64,000 bases of DNA from an uncultured Gemmatimonadaceae bacterium (GTDB lineage Bacteria; Gemmatimonadota; Gemmatimonadetes; Gemmatimonadales; GWC2-71-9). Below the pieces are notes generated by a model, which was not told where the DNA came from, did no database searches, and worked only from the letters and a program-made list of their open reading frames with translations. The stretch lies in contig CAZKYO010000015.1 in assembly GCA_964557115.1 (NCBI GenBank), positions 1,063 through 65,062 of the forward strand, given 5' to 3'. The number at the start of each line of letters is the position of its first letter. Positions within the stretch are counted from its first letter, which is position 1. A program made the position numbers and the translations under genes. This document shows positions 7,753 to 16,458 of this stretch, in pieces.

Positions 7753-7870
7753 GAAGAGCGAACAGAGAAGAGAGAACGGAGAACCGAGGTGGGGACGCGT
7801 GCACCGGGACCGGATGGTCGCGCGCCGCTGTCCTCTCTCTTCTCTCTTCTCTCTTCTCTTTTCCGTGTTC
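7751..7870. repeat. Heptad-periodic GA-rich arm / CT-rich arm imperfect inverted repeat between convergent genes
   Basis: GAGAAGA GCGAACA GAGAAGA GAGAACG GAGAACC ... TCTCTTC x3 TCTTTTC CGTGTTC. The arms are partly complementary. Confidence 0.7.
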
Positions 7871-8793
7871 TAGTGTCGCTTGTAGGTCTTCTCGCCCGCG
7901 GGGATGGCGAACGCGAACCGGTTCTCTGGTGGCGCCAGCGGGCAGGGTGACGCGTCGGTGAACGCGCAGTCGGGGTTGCGGGCGCGGTTGAAGTCCACCT
8001 CCGTCTGGCCATCCGCGCCGCGCGGCAGGTCGACATCGAGGAACCGGGCCGACGGGTAGCTCCCGGCGCCGCTGGTCGCGTCATGGATCACCACGAGCAC
8101 GTCCGTGGCGTCCTTGCCCTTCGCGTACGCCACCAGTTCGCGGTCCTCGCCCCGGATCCGGACGGCGATGCGACCCGCCACCTGTCGGGGCAGCTCGAAG
8201 CCCCGCACCGTCGGCGTGTGGGTCCACTCACCGTCGGCGGGGATGAACCGGGCGTCGAACCGCCACGCCGTGTCCACCGGCCACCGCTCGATCCCGCCGA
8301 ACGCGGTGCGCGCCTCGGCCAAGGTGTCCACGATCCAGATGGTGATGGCGCCCTCGGCCCATCGACCGCTGAACCGGACCGGCCCGAGCCAGACCCGCGC
8401 CCCGGGCAGGCCGAATTGATCGCGCAGCGCGAGGATCCGGTTGGCCGCGGCCGTGGAGTCGCCTGCCCAGGCGGCCGCACCCTCCGGCACGAAGGTCAGC
8501 GTGTCGCCGCGTGCCACGAGTTGTCCCGCCCGCGAGGCGACGCGGGGCCCGGGGATCACGCACGGAAGGGAATCCGCGCCGCCGATCGCGACGGGCAGCC
8601 GCGCTTCCTCGAGGCGGCAGAGGCCGGTCTGTGCCAGCGGTCCGTTCGCCGAGGGCACCGATGCATCGCGACGGGCGAGCCAGTCGTCGAGCCGGGCTCG
8701 GTAGGCCACGGCGTCGAGCGGTGGCCGCGGCGGCGTGGCGGCGTCGCCGGCACAGGCAGCGAGCAGCAGCAGGAGCGGGAGGCGGCGGGTCAC
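7870..8793 (-). CDS. DUF1684 family lipoprotein
   Basis: Lipobox LLLLAACAG. C-terminal NPDCAFTDASPCPLAPPENRFAFAIPAGEKTYK matches the conserved DUF1684 C-terminal signature (C-x-n-CP-x-P-x-N-x-L-x-IxAGEK). Confidence 0.7.
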   Translation of the reverse strand: MTRRLPLLLLLAACAGDAATPPRPPLDAVAYRARLDDWLARRDASVPSANGPLAQTGLCRLEEARLPVAIGGADSLPCVIPGPRVASRAGQLVARGDTLTFVPEGAAAWAGDSTAAANRILALRDQFGLPGARVWLGPVRFSGRWAEGAITIWIVDTLAEARTAFGGIERWPVDTAWRFDARFIPADGEWTHTPTVRGFELPRQVAGRIAVRIRGEDRELVAYAKGKDATDVLVVIHDATSGAGSYPSARFLDVDLPRGADGQTEVDFNRARNPDCAFTDASPCPLAPPENRFAFAIPAGEKTYKRH

Positions 8794-8906
8794 CCAGAAA
8801 GGATGGGCGGGGAGGGGCGGTCACGCCACCTCTTGCCATCGCGGCAAGGGAGCCCCACTATCGACTCCCCGATCACGGTTCCGCCTCCCCGCGCCTCGAG
8901 GACCGA

Positions 8907-10121
8907 ATGTCCCTCACCACCAAGGTGTTGCTCGGCCTCGTCGCCGGCCTGGCCTTCGGGATCGCGCTCGCCGCCGTGCTGCCGCCCGAGTGGCAGGTGC
9001 TCGCCGCCTGGATCGAGCCGATCGGCGCGCTGTGGACCCGGGCGCTGCAGATGGTCGTGCTGCCGCTGGTGGTGACGCTGCTCTTCACCGGCGTGAGCCA
9101 GGGCGGGCAGGGGCTCGGGCCCCTCGGCCTCAAGGGGGTGGTGCTCTTCGTGGTGATGCTCGCGGTGGTCGCGGCGGCGACGCTCGCGATCGCCCCGCCG
9201 ATCTTCGCCCGGATCCACATCGATCCCGTGACCGCCGCCGCGCTGCGCGAGGGGAGCACGGCGCCGGCGACCGCCCTGCCGAGCTTCCGCGACTGGCTGG
9301 TCGAGCTGATGCCGAGGAACCTCGTGGCTGCTGCGGCCGACGGCGCGATGCTGCCGATCATCGTCGCCACGCTGATGTTCGGCGCCGCCGCCACGCGGCT
9401 CCCGGAGGAGACGCGCCGACGCCTCGAGCGAGGCGCCGAGGCGATCGGATCGGTGACGATCATGGTCGTCCGGGGGATCCTGGCGCTGGCACCGATCGGC
9501 GTCTTCGCGCTCGCCGTGCCGCTGGCGCTGCGGCTCGGCACCACGGCGCTCGGCGCGGTGGCGGCGTACGTGATCGTCACCGCGGCGATCACCCTGGTTG
9601 CGATCCTGCTGTGCTACCCGCTCGCGGCGGTGCGCGGCGTCCGGATGCGCGACATGGCGCGGGCGCTCGCGCCGGCCCAGGGGATCGCCGTCTCGGCGCG
9701 CTCCTCCCTGGCGGCGCTGCCGGCGCTGATCGACGGCGCGGCGGGACTCGGGCTGTCGGAGCGCATGACCGGCTTCTTCCTGCCGTTCTCGGCCTCGCTG
9801 TTCCGGCTGGGCGGGGCGGTCGCGCTGCCGGTCGGCGTGCTCTTCATCGCCTCGCTCTACGGCGTGCAACTGGAGACCACCCAGTTCCTCACCATCGGCA
9901 TCACGTCGGTCCTGCTCACGTTCAGCGTGCCGGGGATCCCGGGCGGCTCGATCCTCATCATGGCGCCCGTGCTGCTGGCGGCGCACCTGCCGGTCGAGGG
10001 GATCGGCATCCTCCTCGGCGTCGACACGATCCCCGACATGTTCCGCACGACGGCGAACGTCACGGGGACGATGACCGCGACCGTCGTGCTGCGCGACGAC
10101 GTGCGGGGCCAGCTTGCGTAG
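8907..10121 (+). CDS. Dicarboxylate/amino acid:cation symporter (DAACS family)
   Basis: ORF 8511-10121 trimmed to the ATG at 8907 (MSLTTKVLLGLVAGLAFG). Polytopic membrane protein with typical DAACS segments (SSLAALPA, IPGGSILIMAPVL, DMFRTTANVTG). Confidence 0.85.
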   Translation: MSLTTKVLLGLVAGLAFGIALAAVLPPEWQVLAAWIEPIGALWTRALQMVVLPLVVTLLFTGVSQGGQGLGPLGLKGVVLFVVMLAVVAAATLAIAPPIFARIHIDPVTAAALREGSTAPATALPSFRDWLVELMPRNLVAAAADGAMLPIIVATLMFGAAATRLPEETRRRLERGAEAIGSVTIMVVRGILALAPIGVFALAVPLALRLGTTALGAVAAYVIVTAAITLVAILLCYPLAAVRGVRMRDMARALAPAQGIAVSARSSLAALPALIDGAAGLGLSERMTGFFLPFSASLFRLGGAVALPVGVLFIASLYGVQLETTQFLTIGITSVLLTFSVPGIPGGSILIMAPVLLAAHLPVEGIGILLGVDTIPDMFRTTANVTGTMTATVVLRDDVRGQLA

Positions 10122-10325
10122 TCCCGGGCACCGCCAGACGGGGGCCGACTGCGGGACGTTGGTGTGGCGATCGGGTGGTTGCGACGCTGCCAGTTGAGGC
10201 CCGAGATTTCTGCAGGGCCGACCCCGTACCGGAACCCTTGGGATCGTGGGTCTGCCGGGACGACAAGGCGTGCTTGAGCCACGGTTGTCCTGTCGCGCGG
10301 CGGGCCAGCCTTATATCTTTCGAAC

Positions 10326-10661
10326 ATGAAGCGATTCGCCGTCGTGCTGGCGATGTCCCTGGTCCAACTGCAGCCGCTCGCGGCCGCGGCGGCCTGCCAG
10401 CAGCATCATGCGGCGGCGGCATCGCACCACTGCACCTCCCCGGCGGACCAGCACGGCATGGCCGGCGACTCGCACCACGACCACTCGATGGCCGACGAGT
10501 GCCAGGCGTCCCAGGCATGTGCCCCGACCGTCCCTGCCGTGACCTCCGGCACCACCCCGGTGACCACCGTGGCGGAGCGGGTCGAGGCGCCGAGCCTGGC
10601 CGGCCCCGACGTGCGCGGCAGCCTCCTCGCGGTGCTTGCCTTCCACCCTCCCAAGCCCTGA
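10326..10661 (+). CDS. Small secreted His/Cys-rich protein (putative metal-binding), first gene of the RND metal-efflux operon
   Basis: Signal-like N-terminus MKRFAVVLAMSLVQLQPLAAAAA, then HHAAAASHHCTSPADQHGMAGDSHHDHSMADECQASQAC. Sits directly upstream of and co-directional with the cusCBA-like genes. Confidence 0.5.
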   Translation: MKRFAVVLAMSLVQLQPLAAAAACQQHHAAAASHHCTSPADQHGMAGDSHHDHSMADECQASQACAPTVPAVTSGTTPVTTVAERVEAPSLAGPDVRGSLLAVLAFHPPKP

Positions 10662-10751
10662 CCTCCATCCAGTCCTGAACGTGACACGTCCGTCGAGTTG
10701 ATCGGCGGGCATCACCTGACGCATCGCGGGCCACGCCCGCGGGATGAGGTC

Positions 10752-12035
10752 ATGACACAACACCTCTTCACCGGTCGGTTCCGGTGGGCCGTGCCGCTTG
10801 TGGCACTGCTCGGCGGCAGCGCACCGGTATCCCTCGCGGCGCAGGTTGCGCCGGACACCCTGCGGCTGGCCGACGCGATCGCGGCCGCCCGCGCCGACAA
10901 CCCGGCGCACCTGGCGGCGCGACTGCGGGCCGACGCGGCGGCGGAGGCGATCGCCCCGGCGGGGGCGATGCCCGATCCGGAGCTCTCGCTGGGGTTGATG
11001 AACCGTCCGATCGACGGCTTCGGCAGCGGCGAGCCGATGACGATGAACCAGGTCGGCTTGGCGCAGCTCTTCCCGTGGCCCGGCAAGCGCGCGGCGGCGG
11101 GAGACCGCGCCCGGTGGATGGCGACTTCGGCGAGTCTCACCGCCGACGAGATCGCGGCCGACGTGGCGGGGCGCCTCGCGGTGCAGTACTACGAGGCCGC
11201 CTGGCTCGATCGCGCCATTGCCATCTCGACCGACACCCGGCGACTGCTGCGCGAACTGGTGCGCGTGGCCGAGGCGCGTTACGCGGTCGGTGAGGTGCCG
11301 CAGCAGGACGTATTCCGTTCCCAGGTTGCCGTGGCGCAGCTCGGCGAACAGCTCGAGATGCTGGCGGCCGAACGCGACGCCGCCGCCGCCCGGCTCAACG
11401 CCCTGATGGGACGCGATCCCTTCCTCGCGGTGGCGGCACTGGAACTCCCCTCGCTGCCGAGCGGCCCGGCGCAGGGCGACAGCGCGATCGTCGGCGCGGT
11501 GGCCGACCGGCCGGCGATCCGGGCCGCCGAGGCGATGGCCGAGGCGGCCACTGCCGGCGCGCGCGAGGCCGACCGGGCCTTCTATCCCGACCTCCGGCTC
11601 GGCGTCGTGTATGGCCAGCGTCCCCAGTACGGCGACATGGCCACGCTCATGCTCGGGGTGCAGTTGCCGCTGCACACGGGGTCGCGCCAGGCCCCTCAAC
11701 GCGATGCGATGCTGGCGATGGCGGAGGCGGCGCGAGCCGATGCCACCGACCTCCGGCAGGCGACGCTCGCGGAGATCCGTGCCGCGCGCGCCGAGACGCT
11801 GCGCGCCCGGGAGCGGGTGTCGCTCTACGACACCGGCATCCTGCCGCAGGCGCGCGCCGCCGTCGACGCCTCGCTCGCGGCCTACCGGGTCGGGCGGGTC
11901 GACTTCGCCACGGTGCTCGACAACGAACTCACCCTCAATCGCTACACCATCGACCGGGCGCGTTTGGTGGCGCGCCATCACCAGGCGATGGCCCGCATCG
12001 CCGCCCTGCTTGGCAGGACGGGAGGTGACGCATGA
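10752..12035 (+). CDS. TolC-family outer membrane efflux protein (CusC/CzcC-like)
   Basis: ORF trimmed to the ATG at 10752 (MTQHLFTGRF, signal peptide ending LAAQ). Two-repeat helical OMF pattern. ATGA overlap with the following adaptor gene. Confidence 0.8.
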   Translation: MTQHLFTGRFRWAVPLVALLGGSAPVSLAAQVAPDTLRLADAIAAARADNPAHLAARLRADAAAEAIAPAGAMPDPELSLGLMNRPIDGFGSGEPMTMNQVGLAQLFPWPGKRAAAGDRARWMATSASLTADEIAADVAGRLAVQYYEAAWLDRAIAISTDTRRLLRELVRVAEARYAVGEVPQQDVFRSQVAVAQLGEQLEMLAAERDAAAARLNALMGRDPFLAVAALELPSLPSGPAQGDSAIVGAVADRPAIRAAEAMAEAATAGAREADRAFYPDLRLGVVYGQRPQYGDMATLMLGVQLPLHTGSRQAPQRDAMLAMAEAARADATDLRQATLAEIRAARAETLRARERVSLYDTGILPQARAAVDASLAAYRVGRVDFATVLDNELTLNRYTIDRARLVARHHQAMARIAALLGRTGGDA

Positions 12036-13276
12036 CCGCTCGGATCCTGATGCCGCTCCTCGCGGCGATCGCCGTGACCCTCGCCGCGTGCGGCAAGGAC
12101 GACGCCGGGTCGCCGATGCCCGGGATGACGGCGGCGGAACACGCCATGATGTCGAGTGGCGGGATGTCGGGGATGACCGACAGCACCGGCATGACGATGC
12201 GCCAGGCGGTGCACCTCACGCCGGCGCAGGCCCAGGCGCTCGGGGTGGTCTACACCACCGTCGGCCGCGAGACGCTCACCAGGACGGTGCGCACCGTCGG
12301 CACGATCCAGCCGTCAGAGGATCGCGTGGTTGACGTGACGCCGAAGATCGACGGCTTTGTCGAGCGGCTGTTCGTCAACACCACCGGCGCCAGCGTGCGG
12401 CGGGGCGACCCGATCCTGTCGCTCTACTCGCCGGCACTCGTCGCGGCGCAGGAGGAGTACCTCACCGCGAAGCGCCTGGTCGCGCAACTCCCCGTCGACG
12501 CCGGGGAGCCACTGGAGGCGGCGCGCTCGACACTCCGCGCCGCCGGCGACCGGCTGCGCTACTGGGACATTCCCGAGGCCCAGATCGCCCGGCTCGAGGC
12601 GAGCGGCCAGGCCACCCGCACGCTGGCGCTGGTCGCGCCGGTGTCGGGCGTGGTGCTGGTCAAGGACGTGATCGAGGGCCAGCGCGTGATGCCTGGGCAG
12701 CGGCTTTACCAGGTCGCCGACCTGAGCGTGGTGTGGGTGGAGGGGGAGGTGTTCGAGCAGGACCTGGCGCTGGTGCGCGAGGGGATGCAGGCGCACATCG
12801 AGATCGCCGCCCGGCCGGGTGAGCACCTGATGGGGCGGGTGTCGTTCGTGTACCCCACCGTCGATCCGACCAGCCGGACGGCGCGGATCCGGATCACGAT
12901 GCCGAACCCCGGCATGCAGCTCAAGCCGGGGATGTTCGCGACAATCTTCCTCGACGCGGTGGTGGGGCGCGACGTGGTGGTGGTGCCGCGCTCCGCGGTG
13001 GTGGTGACGGGCACCCGCAACCTGGTGTTCGTGCGCGACTCCAGCGGGGTGCTCCAGCCGCGCGAGGTGGTGCTCGGGGCACGGACCGCCGACCAGGTCG
13101 AGGTGCTGTCGGGGCTCGCAGCCGGCGAAGAGATCGTCGGCTCGGCCAACTTCCTGATCGACGCCGAGTCGCGGCTCGGCGGTGGCGGCGGCACGATGCC
13201 CGGGATGCAGCACGGCGCGATCGACCAGCCGATGCCCGCTGGCGACACCACGGGAGGTCACCGTCATGATCCGTGA
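12032..13276 (+). CDS. RND efflux periplasmic adaptor (CusB/CzcB family) with Met-rich N-terminus
   Basis: Lipobox TLAACG. Met-rich segment MPGMTAAEHAMMSSGGMSGMTDSTGMTM. Membrane-fusion-protein core (LVAPVSGVVL..., VVVPRSAVV). Confidence 0.85.
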   Translation: MTARILMPLLAAIAVTLAACGKDDAGSPMPGMTAAEHAMMSSGGMSGMTDSTGMTMRQAVHLTPAQAQALGVVYTTVGRETLTRTVRTVGTIQPSEDRVVDVTPKIDGFVERLFVNTTGASVRRGDPILSLYSPALVAAQEEYLTAKRLVAQLPVDAGEPLEAARSTLRAAGDRLRYWDIPEAQIARLEASGQATRTLALVAPVSGVVLVKDVIEGQRVMPGQRLYQVADLSVVWVEGEVFEQDLALVREGMQAHIEIAARPGEHLMGRVSFVYPTVDPTSRTARIRITMPNPGMQLKPGMFATIFLDAVVGRDVVVVPRSAVVVTGTRNLVFVRDSSGVLQPREVVLGARTADQVEVLSGLAAGEEIVGSANFLIDAESRLGGGGGTMPGMQHGAIDQPMPAGDTTGGHRHDP

Positions 13277-16200
13277 CCTGATCTCCTGGTCGGTGCGCAA
13301 CCGCGCCCTGGTGCTCTTCGCGACGGCGGGGATCATCGGGGCCGGCCTCTGGTCGGCGCGCACCACGCCGCTCGACGCGATCCCCGACCTGTCCGACGTG
13401 CAGGTGATCGTCCAGACCGACTACGCTGACCAGGCGCCGCAGATCGTCGAGGACCAGGTGACCTACCCGGTCACCTCAGAGATGCTCAAGGTGCCGGGCG
13501 CACGGGTCGTGCGCGGCTACTCGTTCTTCGGGCTAAGCCTGGTCTACGTGATCTTCGAGGACGGGACCGACCTCTACTGGGCGCGCTCGCGGGTGCTGGA
13601 GTACCTCAACGGCATCCGGCGCCAGTTGCCGGCCGGCGCCGAGCCGACCCTTGGTCCCGACGCAACCGGGGTGGGCTGGGTGTTCGAGTACACGCTGGAG
13701 TCGGATTCGCTCGACCTGGCCGAGCTGCGCAGCCTGCAGGACTGGAACATCCGCTACCAGCTCACGGCGGTGCCGGGGGTCTCCGAGGTGGCGTCGCTGG
13801 GCGGCTTCGTGAAGCAGTACCAGGTCGAGGTCGATCCGGAGCGGCTCCGGGCATTCGACATCCCGGTGACCCGGGTGGCCGCCGCGATCGGCGACCACAA
13901 CATGGACATCGGCGCCCGGGTGCTGGAGATGGGCGGCCGGGAGTACATGATCCGCGGCCTCGGCTACCTCGAGGGGGTGGCCGACATCGAGAACGTCTCG
14001 GTCGGGACCGCCGACAACGGCACCCCGATCCGGGTGGCCGACGTGGCGACGGTGCAGGTCGGCCCGGCGCCGCGGCGCGGCGCGGCCGACCTCGACGGCA
14101 AGGGCGAGGTGGTGGCCGGCATCGTGGTGATGCGCTACGGCTCCGACGCCCTGGCCACCATCGAGGCGGTCAAGACGCGCCTCAAGGCGGTTGAGGCGTC
14201 GCTGCCGCCCGGCGTGCGGCTGCGGGTCGCCTACGACCGCAGCGACCTGATCCACCGGGCGATCGACACGCTGCGCGACAAGCTGCTGGAGGAGTCGCTG
14301 ATCGTGGCGCTGGTGGCGATCCTCTTCCTGCTCCACGTCCGCTCGGCGCTGGTCGCGATCGTGGTGCTCCCGATCGGGATCCTCCTCGCCTTCATCGTGA
14401 TGCGATTGCTCGGCATCGATGCCAATATCATGAGTCTCGGCGGGATCGCGATCGCGATCGGCGCCATGGTCGACGGCGCCATCGTGATGATCGAGAACAT
14501 GCACAAGCATCTCGAACGCGCCGGCCCCGAGGTCGACCGCTGGGAGGTGGTGCTCCGGAGCGCCCGGCAAGTGGGCCCGCCGCTCTTCTACTCGCTGCTG
14601 ATCATCACCTGCAGCTTCCTGCCGGTCTTCGCCCTGGAGGCGCAGGAGGGACGGCTCTTCAAGCCGCTGGCGTTCACCAAGACGTTCGCGATGGCCGCCG
14701 CGGCGCTGCTGTCGGTGACGCTGGTGCCGGTGCTGATGGGCTACCTGATCCGGGGCCGGATCCGGTCGGAACGGGAGAACCCGGTCAACCGCTGGCTGCA
14801 GTGGCTCTACCGGCCGGTGATCGACTTCACCCTGCGCCGCCCGTGGCTGGTGGTGGCGGGTGGCGTGGCGGTGCTGGCGGTGACGGTGCTGCCCTGGCGG
14901 CGGCTCGGCAGCGAGTTCATGCCGCAACTGCACGAGGGATCGATCCTCTTCATGCCGACCACGGTGCCGGGGGTGTCGATCGCCGAGGCGAACGCGATCA
15001 TGCGGCACCAGGACAGCATGCTCGCGTCGTTCCCCGAGGTCGAGCGGGTGCTCGGCAAGACCGGGCGCGCGGCCACCGCGACCGACCCAGCGCCGCTCGA
15101 CATGTACGAGACCACGCTCACCCTGGCGCCGGAGTCGAAGTGGCGGCCGGGAATGACCTACGACCGCCTGCTCGCCGAGCTCGACAGCGCGGTGCGGCTG
15201 CCCGGCGTCACGAATGCCTGGACGATGCCGATCAAGGGACGGATCGACATGCTCGCCACCGGGATCCGGACCGCGGTCGGGATCAAGATCTTCGGCCCCG
15301 ATCTCGACACGCTGCAGGCACTGGGTGAGCGGGTCGAGCGGCTGATGCAGGGCGTGCCCGGGACCCGGAGTGCCTTCGCCGAGCGGGGGGTGTCGGGCTA
15401 CTACGTGGACATCGACATCGACCGCGCCGAGGCGGCACGCTACGGGCTCAACGTCGGCGAGATCCACGACGCGATCATGGCCACGGTCGGCGGGATGAAC
15501 GCGGCCACGACCGTCGAGCGGCGGGAGCGCTATCGGGTGAACGTGCGCTACCCGCGGGAGCTGCGCGACGACGTCCAGAAGCTGCGCGAGGTGGTGCTGC
15601 CGACCCGGAGCGGGGCCCAGATTCCGCTCGGCCAGGTCGCCACGGTCGCGGTCCGTCAGGGGCCGATGGCGGTGAAGACCGAGAACGCCTTCCCGGTCAC
15701 CACGGTGTTCGTGGACATCGACGCCTCCGATGTGGGCGGCTACGTGCGCACGGCCCGGCAGGTCGTCAATGCCGGTCTGGTGCTGCCCACGGGCTATTCG
15801 CTGGTCTGGAGCGGCCAGTACGAGTTCATGCAGCGGGTCGGCAGCCGGCTGCGGCTGGTGGTGCCGGTCACGCTGGCGATCATCTTCCTGCTCCTCTACC
15901 TCAATTTCCGCGGGGTGACCGAGTCGCTGATCGTGATGCTCTCGGTGCCGTTCGCGCTGGTCGGCGGGGTGTGGTACCTCTGGCTCGCGGGGTACAACAC
16001 CAGCGTGGCGGTGTGGGTCGGCTTCATCGCGCTGGCAGGCGTCGCGGCGGAGACGGGCGTGGTGATGCTGATCTACCTCGACGAGGCGTTCGCACGACGC
16101 AAGGCCGAGGGGCTGATGCGCGGCCCGCCCGACGTGGCGGAGGCGGTCCGCTCCGGCGCGGTCGACCGGCTGCGGCCCAAGGTGATGACCGTCGTGGCGA

Positions 16201-16388
16201 TCATGGCCGGGCTGGCGCCGATCCTCTGGAGCCACGGCACCGGCGCCGACGTGATGAAGCGGATCGCCGCGCCGATGGTGGGCGGCATGGTCACCTCGAC
16301 CGTGCTCACGCTGGTGGTGATTCCGGCGATCTACCTGATCTGGCGTCGGCGGGAGGTTGGACGCCAAACGCCAAACGCTGAACGCTGA
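13266..16388 (+). CDS. Heavy-metal efflux RND transporter (CusA/CzcA family)
   Basis: About 1040 aa with a 12-TM RND architecture. N-terminus MIRDLISWSVRNRALVLFATAG is typical of the HME-RND family. Overlaps the adaptor gene by 11 nt. Confidence 0.9.
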   Translation: MIRDLISWSVRNRALVLFATAGIIGAGLWSARTTPLDAIPDLSDVQVIVQTDYADQAPQIVEDQVTYPVTSEMLKVPGARVVRGYSFFGLSLVYVIFEDGTDLYWARSRVLEYLNGIRRQLPAGAEPTLGPDATGVGWVFEYTLESDSLDLAELRSLQDWNIRYQLTAVPGVSEVASLGGFVKQYQVEVDPERLRAFDIPVTRVAAAIGDHNMDIGARVLEMGGREYMIRGLGYLEGVADIENVSVGTADNGTPIRVADVATVQVGPAPRRGAADLDGKGEVVAGIVVMRYGSDALATIEAVKTRLKAVEASLPPGVRLRVAYDRSDLIHRAIDTLRDKLLEESLIVALVAILFLLHVRSALVAIVVLPIGILLAFIVMRLLGIDANIMSLGGIAIAIGAMVDGAIVMIENMHKHLERAGPEVDRWEVVLRSARQVGPPLFYSLLIITCSFLPVFALEAQEGRLFKPLAFTKTFAMAAAALLSVTLVPVLMGYLIRGRIRSERENPVNRWLQWLYRPVIDFTLRRPWLVVAGGVAVLAVTVLPWRRLGSEFMPQLHEGSILFMPTTVPGVSIAEANAIMRHQDSMLASFPEVERVLGKTGRAATATDPAPLDMYETTLTLAPESKWRPGMTYDRLLAELDSAVRLPGVTNAWTMPIKGRIDMLATGIRTAVGIKIFGPDLDTLQALGERVERLMQGVPGTRSAFAERGVSGYYVDIDIDRAEAARYGLNVGEIHDAIMATVGGMNAATTVERRERYRVNVRYPRELRDDVQKLREVVLPTRSGAQIPLGQVATVAVRQGPMAVKTENAFPVTTVFVDIDASDVGGYVRTARQVVNAGLVLPTGYSLVWSGQYEFMQRVGSRLRLVVPVTLAIIFLLLYLNFRGVTESLIVMLSVPFALVGGVWYLWLAGYNTSVAVWVGFIALAGVAAETGVVMLIYLDEAFARRKAEGLMRGPPDVAEAVRSGAVDRLRPKVMTVVAIMAGLAPILWSHGTGADVMKRIAAPMVGGMVTSTVLTLVVIPAIYLIWRRREVGRQTPNAER

Positions 16389-16409
16389 ACGAGGGACGAG
16401 AGACGAGAG
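16361..16409. repeat. Seven tandem heptads ACGCCAA x2, ACGCTGA x2, ACGAGGG, ACGAGAG x2 spanning the cusA stop codon
   Basis: Seen directly. The first four heptads encode the last residues (..RQTPNAER*) of the RND pump. Confidence 0.7.
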
Positions 16410-16458
16410 GGATGGCGGGGGCGGGTTCGACCGAGGCAACCCAACGCGATCGAGGCGC

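Noticed and set aside
10285-10316. A MerR-type metal-responsive promoter (20-nt spacer between TTGTCC and TTATAT) upstream of the His/Cys-rich ORF.
   Set aside because: The spacer shows no dyad symmetry, and no MerR-family gene is nearby. It is kept only as a weak note within the small-ORF finding.
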